In this document: positions 50,401-61,269 of the stretch, one piece after another
How positions within the stretch are numbered: position 1 is the stretch's first letter
How the letters are laid out: each line of letters starts with the position of its first letter
NCBI GenBank assembly: GCA_043228905.1
Contig: JBHGNT010000014.1
Span: 16,740,001 to 16,804,000, forward strand
Reading direction: 5' to 3'
DNA: 64,000 nucleotides
Source: Azolla caroliniana
Lineage: Eukaryota; Plantae; Polypodiophyta
Made by a program: the position numbers and the translations under genes
Notes under the pieces: generated by a model
Database searches by the model: none
Told to the model about the DNA's origin: nothing
The model's input: only the letters and a program-made list of their open reading frames with translations

Positions 50401-53400
50401 AGGTGATGCCACAGGTACAGTTGATGAAGTTTCTGGAGCTTTCGGACAAACCTTTCCATCTAGAAACAACAAAGTTCGCAGAATGCTTCAATTTGATGAG
50501 GCAACCAAGCCAGATCCCACATCATATTCTATTTTAGAAACTGATAAGCAAGTTAGTTTTGCACTTGTTCATGAAACAGAAATGGCATCTGATAACATCA
50601 GTGATCAACAAAGCGAGACAGAATCTGCAATGGGATCATCTAGCACTGTGCAGAGTATGCAAGATTCAAATTCAAATCTTCAATTGACCACTGTCCAGGA
50701 TAGCATCCAGGATTTGAATTATCAGGCAGATATCATCCAAGCAACCAGTCAAGAGCTAGACACAACACTAGTACCCCAATTGGACAAAACCAAAAAGAAG
50801 AGAACTCTGTCTGTCAGTAGCATGAGCGGAATGGAAAGAGCTGAGCTAGAAGCAAACCAAAGGGGGCGGAAGAAAAACCATTATAAGGATTGGGAGTGTC
50901 TAAGAAGGGAGGTACAAGGTTTACCCAAGTGTGTAAAAGATAATCCCATTACACAAAGACCAAGGCCATCTGATCATGAAGATTCGGTCAATTGGGAAGC
51001 AGTTAGACTTGCTGATCTTGGAGAGCTAGCTGAAACTATCAAGGAGCGTGGGATGCATCATGTTTTGAGTGGCCGAATAAAGGTTGAACCATGCCATGCA
51101 TATTATTTCCTTAGAGCTTTTTAATGCAATACACTGAATAAATGTTGCTATTTTCATTACCAATGCTAGATCATCACCATCCTGCATGTCGTTCTTACCC
51201 TATTACGAGAACATTGTTACTATTGCTCATGAGCACAAACTAGAGAGAGAACATAAGAAAGACAAGAAAACAGATGAATAACTGTTTTATTTCTTGATAA
51301 AATTCAGTAATACAAAAAAAACACTGGCACACAGATATAGCATGCATAAACTTGCTCCATCTCAAATGTAAGATCAAGCTGATAATGCATAGCCTAGATA
51401 TACTGTCACTCTTTCAAATGTCACGTATATTAATTCTTTTTTATGTACAAATATATTCAGGCATTCCTTACATCAATTTATGAAGAGCACGGGAGTATAG
51501 ACCTTGAGTGGCTAAGGAATCTCTCAACTGAAATGACAAGGTAACTGATGTCAATTCATTTGATGCTATGTTTGGACCTTCTAACAGCCGCACATTTCCT
51601 AATTCTTATTTGCACTTCTATACAGAGACTACCTTATGAGTGTTCATGGACTAGGAGTGAAGAGTGTCGAATGCATCCGCCTTCTAACCCTACATCATCT
51701 AGCTTTTCCGGTAGCTAAATTGTACATATTTACAGTGTTTGATTAAATAGAAACCAATAAATGTGTTGACCTTTTTGCTGCATTCTCAGGTTGATACCAA
51801 CGTAGGGCGCATATGTGTGAGACTTGGTTGGGTGCCTATAGAGCCCTTGCCTGAGGAAGTCCAATTGCACCTTGTTGAGCTGTGAGTTTTCTTTTTCTTT
51901 CTGAGTGTTCATATCCTCTGGATCCTAGGTAGACCAATTTGAAATTCGTGTAATCTGCAGATATCCAATCCAAGAGACAATTCAGAAGTATCTATGGCCT
52001 CGTTTATGCACCCTTGACCAGAGAACACTGTAAACAATCTACCTCCTTTTCTTTCTCTGTACATTTAATTTGGGAAGGAAACCATCTCATACCTTTCTTT
52101 TCTTATGGTTCTAAACAGGTATGAACTCCATTACCAAATGATAACTTTTGGAAAGGTATCCCTCTATCTACACTTTCTCTCTCTAGAGATGCATGTATGT
52201 GCTATATAGGAGATGAACTAAATAAAATCTGACTTTGAAACTTGGTGTAAGAATAATGAAAGTTTTAAATCCAACAAAAACTGCTGTAAGCTTCGACAAT
52301 ATCTCCTCTGAAGTGACATTATGCATGGCAGGTTTTCTGCACTAAGAGCAAACCGAATTGCAATGCTTGTCCCTTGCGAACAGAATGCAAGCACTTCGCA
52401 AGTGCTTATGCAAGGTGATCTACATACTCTAATTCTGTATGTAACATGCATGAGTATGCTTGTATACATCATATATTAACATGAATTATGCACATGCATA
52501 CATATGCATGAGTTTGCATGCATACTCATACATGAGCATTATTCACGTAAGTATTTGCCAAGCAATGTTCTGTTGTTCTGCATGAGTTCATCATGTCACG
52601 TATTTCCTGTACAGATTGATGTCCATAACTGTGGTTGCGTGGCTGTCCTTGAGCCTTCTATTAATATTGTGAATAAATGTATACACATGCATAAATTTTC
52701 TACTCATATAAAAGCAATGTCTCAATGGATAACCCAATGCACTGGCAGTAAGTGTGATTCCATGCATATTTCAATGGATGCTAAATAGACAAACAGATGT
52801 TAATAAAGATCAATTAACCTTGTGATTGCAGTGCAAAACCACTTTTGACGGGGCCAAAAGAAGATGAAGCTAATAGGATATGCTCTGGAGGTGATAATAA
52901 AGACCTTCCTGCTTTGAATATGGATAATAAACCAACAGCTCTTCTAGAGTATCCACAAGATATATCTGAGGTTTCCCAGGAAGCACCCCTTGTTTCAGAA
53001 ATAGACAGCAATACAACACTTGCATTTCGATATCAGGATGGTCCTTCAGTACCCTCCTATGGTGAAGATTTCTATGTCGAGATGCCTGCATCACCAGAAC
53101 AAACATATGAGGAAGACCTCATGGATATTGAGGACATGGGAGCCAACATGTATATATATAATGATTACAAAGACTATTCCTTGGATTTGATAGGTGAAAA
53201 CATGGCCTTAAATCCATCAGATCAGTCCCTCATTGCTTTTATTAACAATCAGCTAGCTTGTCAAGAAGCAAAAGCTGCTCCAATTCCATCAACTCTCTCA
53301 GCTACTCATGTTTTCAATTCCTCGCCTTCAATTATGTCAAAGGATAACAGTTGCTCTCCAAATAGGTGTTGTAATGATGAGCTGGCCTCATCATCACAAC

Positions 53401-55787
53401 GAGTACCAAGCTGTGGTTCTCAATCTGTCAGCAATTCGGATGTTGCATGTACACCTACATATCAAACCGATATTGTAGAATTATCACAAAATGCTATTGT
53501 GGTGGTGCCAGAAGCAGCTAGGATTCCTGCTCCAGTATTGAAGAATGTTGGGCGCATGCGTACCATCCATTATGTGTAAGTAATCTTTTCATTGAGACTC
53601 AACCTGGTATCCAAGCCAAAACTTATTTTCATGTGCATCTGAATCTCCTCACTAGTTTCCTTCTGCAGATATGAGCTCCCTGATGATCATTGCCTCCTAA
53701 ACTCGGTAAGGTTCATATTTTTTCCTTACAATTCTAATCATAATTTAATTGACACAAAGCAGTTATAAAACATTTTTGTCATAAACATTATACAACAGGT
53801 GGACCCTCGGGAGAAGGATGATCCATGTTCTTACCTACTAGCAATTTGGAGTCCAGGTATACATAGCTATGTCAAAACTCAAATACAATAGTAACAGAGT
53901 AACCCTCTAAAACTATCTACTCTCATGAAACAGAAAAATTATAATGCCTACCCTAGACTTCTCTTTGTCAGAATCCAAATGGATTCCAGACCTTGAACAT
54001 GAGATTAAATCAATTATCCATGGTATTTCTCCAGATCAAGAAATATTCAGCCCATTGCTCATAGTGGTTTTGCAATATTTATCAGACACTCGGATTATAT
54101 TGTTTTCAATCTAATTTAGAGTTATTTCCACAGGTGAAACTCCAGAGTCTCAGCAGGAGATTGATGAAGTCTGCAGGGATGAATTCACTGGCAGCAGCGG
54201 CTCATCCCAAGCTGATGAGACTGTTGCAGGCACTTTGCTGGTAGGAAGATTATTTCTTGAAATTATAATTAAATTTGTTGATCCAGAAGGTAACCCACAT
54301 ACACTGATATTTGAAACTAAGTTCATCCATACCTTGACATGTGGAAGTTGAATGTGAAGTTTTTGCATTCGGCTACCTTCTGGTCCCATGCCTGCCATAT
54401 GATCATTTCACCATATCTGAGAATCTTGAACATTGAAATGTAAATTCGTGCCTTAAGATCTTAATCCAAATTTCATAATAAGAATATGAGTGGTTCCCAT
54501 ACCCAGAAGTATCCATAAATATGATGTTTATATTGAATATATAGCATAACTCATGTGTATTTTCATCTGGACATGAAACTCCTTTCATTCTTAACCAAAT
54601 GTTAGCACCAATCTTTTTTGGAACACATATTGTATATCAGACAATCGTTTACACCTCCAAATTTAATAAGCTTGAAAATTTTACTTCATACAGATACTTA
54701 GCAGGGTCTAAGATCTAACTAATGATACTGAATGTTTGATCTCAATTATAAACATGCATTGACCATAACAATGACTAGTGTTTGTAATTTTCTTGTATTA
54801 ATTCCATTATCTGTGGTTGTAGATTCCCTGCAGAACGGCAATGCACGGGAGCTTCCCATTGAATGGAACTTATTTTCAAGTTAATGAGGTATGAACTTTT
54901 CGACAGTATTCCACATTATATCATGAAACACCTTGTCTTTTGTATAGCATGATTTAAAAACTCAAAACATCTTTCAGGTATTTGCTGACCATGAAAGCAG
55001 CTTGCACCCACTTCAAGTCCCTCGCTCTTTGCTTTGGAGCCTGCGTCGAAGATTCGTCTACTTCGGCACATCAGTACCCAATATTTTCAAAGGTGCCAAT
55101 GATTATATTAATGGAAATATATTTTCCTGTCTAGTAAATGTCATCAGCAAAATTCTAAATCAACAGATTTAACAACCTCATCACTTCTTTTTTGTAGGCT
55201 TTTCACAGGACGAAATAAAGGACTGTTTCTGGAGGGGTAAATGTTCTCCCTTTGCTTGTTTCATATTTCTTTCAATCTTCTCTCAAAGATTGTTTTATAT
55301 TGCTTGTATTTTCTATCAAATACTGATGCAACATGTTCTAAAGATATTCATGACATTGAAGTGCCATATCATGAGATACACCTGCCTACTTATCAGAATG
55401 TACCAACCTTTACTCTTTTCAAGAATGTGTTATCTACATTCTCTAGAATATCTACTGTCAACAGAATACAATTTTTCTACTTGAGTGTACATATTTCTCA
55501 TACACAGTAGAACTTGGGCAAGCCAGATTCAAGTTAACAAGTCCTTAATATGAAAATACTTTCAATGTATAAATCATTCACACTTACAATGATTTTGACT
55601 GGTATCCACTTATCCTTTCTCATTTGCAGGGCATGTGTGTGTGAGAGGATTTGACCGTCAATCGCGTGCCCCGAAACCATTGGTATGCAGATTGCACTTT
55701 CCAATAAGCAAACAGCCACAGAAACCAACCAAGCAGCAAAGGAAAAAGAAAGATGAGACATCAGGAATATCAACTTTACACACATAA
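45731..55787 (+). CDS. DME: DEMETER/ROS1-family 5-methylcytosine DNA glycosylase/lyase, 18 coding exons, about 1929 aa
   Basis: join(45731-47417,47506-48639,48717-48807,49975-51082,51461-51540,51626-51710,51790-51881,51961-52029,52119-52155,52332-52414,52832-53575,53669-53705,53799-53856,54134-54240,54823-54888,54978-55092,55198-55236,55630-55787). All introns GT-AG and in phase, total 5790 nt. Domain A, HhH-GPD, 4Fe-4S and RRM_DME motifs present. Family assignment is firm; orthology to DME versus ROS1/DML is not resolved. Confidence 0.95.
47506..48639 (+). CDS. DME: DME-like exon 2 (basic region, start of domain A)
   Basis: Acceptor CAACAG; KIRAKVQLDPESQRVW..YWEKER..FIQKMHFVQG. Confidence 0.92.
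48717..48807 (+). CDS. DME: DME-like exon 3 (domain A core)
   Basis: GDRRFSPWKGSIVDSVVGAFLTQNVSDHLSS. Confidence 0.97.
49975..51082 (+). CDS. DME: DME-like exon 4
   Basis: SAFMSVASRFP..DSVNWEAVRLADLGELAETIKERGMHHVLSGRIK. Confidence 0.95.
51461..51540 (+). CDS. DME: DME-like exon 5
   Basis: AFLTSIYEEHGSIDLEWLRN. Confidence 0.95.
51626..51710 (+). CDS. DME: DME-like exon 6 (HhH, catalytic Lys)
   Basis: DYLMSVHGLGVKSVECIRLLTLHHLAFP. Confidence 0.97.
51790..51881 (+). CDS. DME: DME-like exon 7 (catalytic Asp)
   Basis: VDTNVGRICVRLGWVPIEPLPEEVQLHLVEL. Confidence 0.97.
51961..52029 (+). CDS. DME: DME-like exon 8
   Basis: YPIQETIQKYLWPRLCTLDQRTL. Confidence 0.96.
52119..52155 (+). CDS. DME: DME-like exon 9
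   Basis: YELHYQMITFGK. Confidence 0.96.
52332..52414 (+). CDS. DME: DME-like exon 10 (4Fe-4S motif)
   Basis: VFCTKSKPNCNACPLRTECKHFASAYAS, C-x6-C-x2-C-x5-C. Confidence 0.97.
52832..53575 (+). CDS. DME: DME-like exon 11
   Basis: VEMPASPE..DIED..PEAARIPAPVLKNVGRMRTIHYV. Confidence 0.95.
53669..53705 (+). CDS. DME: DME-like exon 12
   Basis: YELPDDHCLLNS. Confidence 0.94.
53799..53856 (+). CDS. DME: DME-like exon 13
   Basis: VDPREKDDPCSYLLAIWSPG. Confidence 0.95.
54134..54240 (+). CDS. DME: DME-like exon 14 (degenerate permuted-CXXC region)
   Basis: GETPESQQEIDEVCRDEFTGSSGSSQADETVAGTLL. Confidence 0.92.
54823..54888 (+). CDS. DME: DME-like exon 15 (RRM_DME)
   Basis: IPCRTAMHGSFPLNGTYFQVNE. 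Confidence 0.97.
54978..55092 (+). CDS. DME: DME-like exon 16
   Basis: VFADHESSLHPLQVPRSLLWSLRRRFVYFGTSVPNIFKG. Confidence 0.97.
55198..55236 (+). CDS. DME: DME-like exon 17
   Basis: FSQDEIKDCFWRG. Confidence 0.95.
55630..55787 (+). CDS. DME: DME-like exon 18 (terminal)
   Basis: HVCVRGFDRQSRAPKPLVCRLHFP..TLHT*, TAA at 55785-55787. Confidence 0.93.
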
Positions 55788-57119
55788 GTATTAATTCATA
55801 CACATGCTAATTCCCTATGGTGAAATTTTTCTTTCTAAACATGAATCACAACTTGTTTTAAACCCCACAGTGAGAGGGCATTAGCTTCCCAAATTGAGCA
55901 CAGAGGCAAAATTATAGATTAGAATACTCCATCCCACATGGTCATTTAAAGAAAATCATTTGATTTATGTAAAATCACAAGCAAATAAAGAGCTCATTTC
56001 TGCTCTGTGGAAGCGTATTCAAAGAGGAGCGTAAAAACCGCACCTCTTCTGTATAGTGTAGAGAGAATTGGGAATTCTATTTCTGATTCTTCCGATACCA
56101 TCACTGCCCTTAGGGGTCAGGGAATGGTCCATCAGAGAATATGATTTGAAATGGATGCCTCTCACTTTGATTTCATAGTTACATTGGAAGGAGATGAATT
56201 TATATGCAGTCTTACAAGACTTTTTATATGAAATCATTTCCTATTTGGTTTCCCCACCTGAGACAAGAGCCTCTTCTGTGCATAGAGATTCTACCACAGG
56301 TTCAAACTCACAATCCTAATCTGACGGCCCATTAATTATTAACATATTCAAAGAATTTAATATCCAAGGCACACGCACATTCAATGTGCTTCATTTGCTA
56401 TTTGTAAGAGCATACATACAACTTTGAAATCATTTTCCTCTGCCACACATTCGTCTACAGCAATCTGTATTTATAGCCATGAATGGAGAGGTGGAGTTGT
56501 AAATCGTTCTTTAACCGCATTTATGCCTCTGCTATACATTCTTTCACATTGATATTTTAAGTGTTCTAGACAGATCTCCTAATCTTAAATTTTCTTTTTT
56601 GAAACAATAGTGTAAAAGTTGAAAAACCTCAGAAAATACCCAAGTGCACAGTTCACATTGTTATCTAAGCAAGCTACATGGTTCAAATTTATAGATTAAT
56701 TTATTTCTAACATAGATTAATTTACTTCTAAGTTACAGCATTTCATGGCTGTCCAGAAAAAATGCATCACGACCATGTGAGGTTAGAAAAGTTGAGATCT
56801 GTACCTTTGGAGAAATTGCACAAATATCACAACTTCAAAACTTCCAATGCATAATACGAATTCTACTAACAACCATGAATGAATGCATTAAACTACTTTT
56901 GATGAGTCATAGAACAAAAATCTTTAAAAGCATACTTATGGTGTAATGATCTGTCTTCAACAAAATATCTGTATAAACAGATCCATGGTGCAATGCTGGA
57001 TCTAAACAAGTAAGCCAAAAGTTTGCATCCAGTTTTCATTTCCAAATTTCTGTTTAGTTGAGGTTTCTTGTACCTGATTGCCATTTTTTTAACTCCCTCA
57101 CAAATTTCAACATGTAAAA

Positions 57120-57720
57120 ATGCATTCAGAAGGTTCCATCCCTTAAAACGCTAACAGCTTCTGCCTATCAAAACTCCCTTTATAGATTTTATAAGAATAA
57201 TTGCAACAATGCAACTGTGCAACACGCAACACTATATAAATGCAGTAATTCATCCTGCAACACACATTCAAAGGGAGAGTTCTATCTCTTAAGAGTGACT
57301 GTTGTTAGATATCAAATCTCCCTTTCAAAATTTATCTGTATAATTGCAACAATCCATCCTGAAACATGCATTCGATGGGTTCCATTCTTTATGAATGATG
57401 ATTTTGAACTGTATCTCCCTCACATATTTTATCTGGATAAATGCAACATGCATTCAACGGGTTCCGTCCCTTAAGAATAATTGCTTCTGGATATCAAATC
57501 TCCCTTTACAAATTTTATCTGTATAAAAATAGAAATGCATAGCATTTCATCTATTAAGAATGATGCTTCCTTATACTGAATCTCCGTTTACAAATTTTAC
57601 CGATATAAATGAAGCCATGAATATTTTCAAAGAATTATTCCATCCCTTACGAATGAGATCAGTTTCTACAAGTTCTTACGAAAAATTTATCTATACAAAT
57701 TCCCTTAAGAATTCATAATT
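57120..57720. repeat. Degenerate ~80-100-bp tandem array (6-7 units) downstream of the gene
   Basis: TGCATTC..GGTTCC.TCCCTTAAGAAT..ATCAAATCTCCCTTTACAAATTTTATCTGTATAA recurs near 57120, 57265, 57367, 57449, 57535 and 57620. Confidence 0.8.
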
Positions 57721-59032
57721 CTCAGATTTTTGAGGGTCAAAGAGAGCAACATTCCTTGAGAGACAATAATGGAGCTACGACAACTTATTAACAAAAAAAG
57801 CTTTCGTCAGAAAATAGATTAGCTCCCTTCATTCACTATTCTGCTATGAGAAATTGTAATAAAAACCTTCGTGAGAAAGAGACTAGCTATCACCATATAT
57901 GGCTGCACTATTCTGCTGTGAAAGCTTGCTAACAAAAACAAAGTTATTGACGACAAGACATATCTATCTCCATATCTTGATCTCTTATCATGAGCACTTC
58001 AACTGAAAAGAGATGAAAGCATCGAGATACAAAAACAAACCAGAATTTCAGAATGAGCTAAAAAAGGCAACCAAAACTGAGATTTTGTTAATGAACAAAT
58101 ATAAGGAACAAATCAAGAATGAGAAACCAGATTTTGAGACGACCAAAAATAAGGAAAAAAAAATTTGAGAATGAACAAAAAAGGAACATACGAGTCAGAA
58201 AACCTTGTCTTCCATTTTCTTCAAGCAAAAGTGTATACGCTGTCAATATCAGTTTTCTTCCTTATAAACAGTATGTGATGCTATTTTTAGTTCTTTCCCC
58301 TTCTTTTTATCTTTATATCTTTCTCTAAATGCAAGAGTGCGTACATTCTATAACAATCTTTTTCTTTACAAACGGAATATGATGGAGTTGTTAGTAATTT
58401 TCTCTCTCTTGCTTCTTTAATCTTCACTTTCTTTTATCTTTCCGTCTTTCCCCTCTTCTCTTTCCTTTATCTGAAGGCAAATGCATGTATATTGTTTATA
58501 CCAATCTCTCTCCTTGCAGACAGAATCTGGTGCAATTCTTATGTCTCTTTTTCTTTTCTTCTTTTCCTTCTCCTCTTTTTCTTCTCTCCTCCACTCTTTA
58601 ATCTCTTTATTACCTTAAATCTTTCCTTGGCTTCTTATTCTACTCTTTTTTTCTCTCTATCATTTTCAGTTCATGCATTTCTTTCATGTTAGAAAGAAGC
58701 CATTTCTCTCGCTGAGAATGGAAGGGGAAAAAACAACTCGGAAGCTAAATACTGAAGAGCACAACAACAACAACAACAAAAGAAAAAACGTACCAAGGGT
58801 GGATTCGTTCCCTTCCGTTTTCTTCTTCTGCTCAACAATGATCTATTTTCTTTTTTCTGGTGGCTATGCATCACTTTGCAGAAAGAAACTCCTCCGGGGC
58901 GACGAGGATGATGACAATAACAGAAGGATGTTGGTGATGAAGGCATCAAAAAAACAATGATGGATGATGATGGATGATCTCTCTGCATTGCTTGGTGGTG
59001 GTGGTGGTGGTGGTGATGATGATGAAGAATCA

Positions 59033-59035
<3 letters not shown>

Positions 59036-59085
<50 letters not shown>

Positions 59086-59163
59086 CTGTCTCCTGTGTTT
59101 TCCTGTACAAATAATAGATTCTCAGGCTGCAGTAGAGAGAGAGAGGGAGAGGGAAATTATTTG

Positions 59164-59212
<49 letters not shown>
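59036..59212. repeat. (CT)n, (GA)n and (GT)n microsatellites
   Basis: Direct reading. Confidence 0.95.
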
Positions 59213-59213
<1 letters not shown>

Positions 59214-59396
59214 ATGTACACTCTTTTGGTGGAATGGAAATCCAAAGGTGTGTGTGTAGTGTGTGGGTGTGGTGTGGATTCATGTGTCGGGCCCCATGCG
59301 GCCGAAAAAGAACCCCCTTCGCAAGCCTTGCGTATTGTTCTTTCTGGCTCTACCCTTTCGGGAAGGTGGGGGGGAGGGGGGTGCCAGTACATACTT

Positions 59397-59562
59397 GGGT
59401 TCACACTCAGAAACAAACGTTTGTAATGCACACTTATATCACATTTATCTCGTCAGGGTTCAGTCTGAGAAACAATGTTTGTAATGCACACATATATCGC
59501 ATTTATCATGTCAGGTTCCGCCTGAGAAACCATGTCTGTAATGCACACATATATCACATTTG
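59397..59562. repeat. ~58-bp tandem repeat, 3 copies
   Basis: GGTTC..GAAAC..GT.TGTAATGCACAC.TATATC.CATTT at 59397, 59456 and 59513. Confidence 0.88.
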
Positions 59563-61269
59563 CAATGCACCATGCCAGAAAGTCGCTTTTTCTGCTCTCT
59601 TCTGTAAAAAACAAAATATCATAGTGTGTGTTTGTTTGTGCCTATGTCCATGTTTGTGTCTATGACATCGTTGCATTCGTATTAGTAAATTTAGTCATCC
59701 CCCAACTATTGTGCTACCCCAGAGTTGGACTTTGAACTTGGCATAGTAAATGGCACACGGGGCCTTACAACAACAAGGTATGGGCCTTGCCCTTCCCCAA
59801 GCAGAATGCAAGTCGAATGGAAACTTGACTTGCTTGAAAAGCTTGACGTTGTGGGTCTTGACTTTTTTTATCAGTTTCTGTGTAGAAGCTATACATTAAA
59901 TTCATATCGCAATCCCCACACATTTCAGAGCAAATTTGGAGTTTTTCTTCTTGTTTCAATTAGCGAGGAAATATTCTCGAGTGTATTATTTCGCGATTTT
60001 CCCTAAGGTTGACGACCACTTTGCTAGGGTAACAATATCAAAGTTGCAATCATCCAAACAAAATTTGAACACAACACCATGTTCCAACTACAATTATGCA
60101 TTAGATATTTGTTTTGAGAATATATTGATGAATCATGAAGTAGCATATATAGGCATGGTTGCTCTAAAGAGGCAAATCTGAAAAATGATATACATCCACT
60201 TTCGGGAAATCGTTTCCATGAGTTATCGTTATCTCATATAATTTTGATCATAATAATATTAATAATAATAAGTGAAATGAGTATATGTGCATAAAGCCCA
60301 CAAATGTACTCTACAAAATAAAAGTAGTGAAAACGACACCATGTCTTTTGTTTCCCATTACCCATAAGTAGATAGTAAAGTTGCTAATATTAAGGCATCA
60401 AAGATATCATCACTCTTTGAGGACATATGTGCTTAAGATTACTAAGCAATGAGAGATAGAGGTGATTACATTTAACTATCATATATGACATTTTATGCAT
60501 TCGATCCTAAAAAATGCATGCCTACCGATTCATTGGCTTACATCGTTAAATTTGGTTGTGAGGATGGCTTTGATATTTGCATTCATTATAAAATTTATCT
60601 CATATTTTTCGTTTTTCACTTACCCCCCCCCCCCCCCCCCCCCAATGGTTGAAAATAACAATGTTGCACACGAAATGTGCAATAAAACAAATGTATAACT
60701 ATTGCTTCTCTAATACAACTTTATCTAAAAATCAAATCTCAAGAATGAAGATTTGTGTATTCTTAGTCTTGAAATATTTTAGCATGCCCCTTTCAATACT
60801 GGCAAGTGTCTCATGGGATTTTCTAATATTTCAACAAAAATATCAACGTGAAGGAGCGTGGAAGGAAGTTAAGTTTATATTCTATGCGTTATTGGTATAT
60901 GCAACTTAGACACCTATTGTCACTAACCAAAACCAAAATGTATATCAAATCAGAAAAGAGATCATATCCCTCCTTCCATTATCAACTCCGCACACTGTAA
61001 CACAATTTGGGATTCACCTTATTAGGATATCGATAATGAAATTCAACCTCAAGCTTTGGGCATTGACAAAATTTTCATTAGGCTCCCATGTATGTTCATT
61101 GTAGGTATAGCCAAACCAAATTACGAGGTGGTATAACTCATTATGCGCAATCTTGATAATCCAAAAGAGTCATGCTTTGATTTTTGGGCCATCGACAAGT
61201 TGAACCGGAGGCGGAAGCAAAACAACCCAACTAGCATTGAATCTAGAAGAATATGGTTCTAACAATAAG

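Noticed and set aside
39400-59600. Conserved miRNA precursor in the gene island
   Set aside because: No match by eye to miR156, 160, 166, 171, 319, 390, 408, 529 or 535 and no long hairpin; a novel miRNA cannot be excluded without folding software
58673-59665. His-rich and Cys/Val-rich ORFs as metal-binding proteins
   Set aside because: They derive from (CAT/CAC)n and (GT)n repeats
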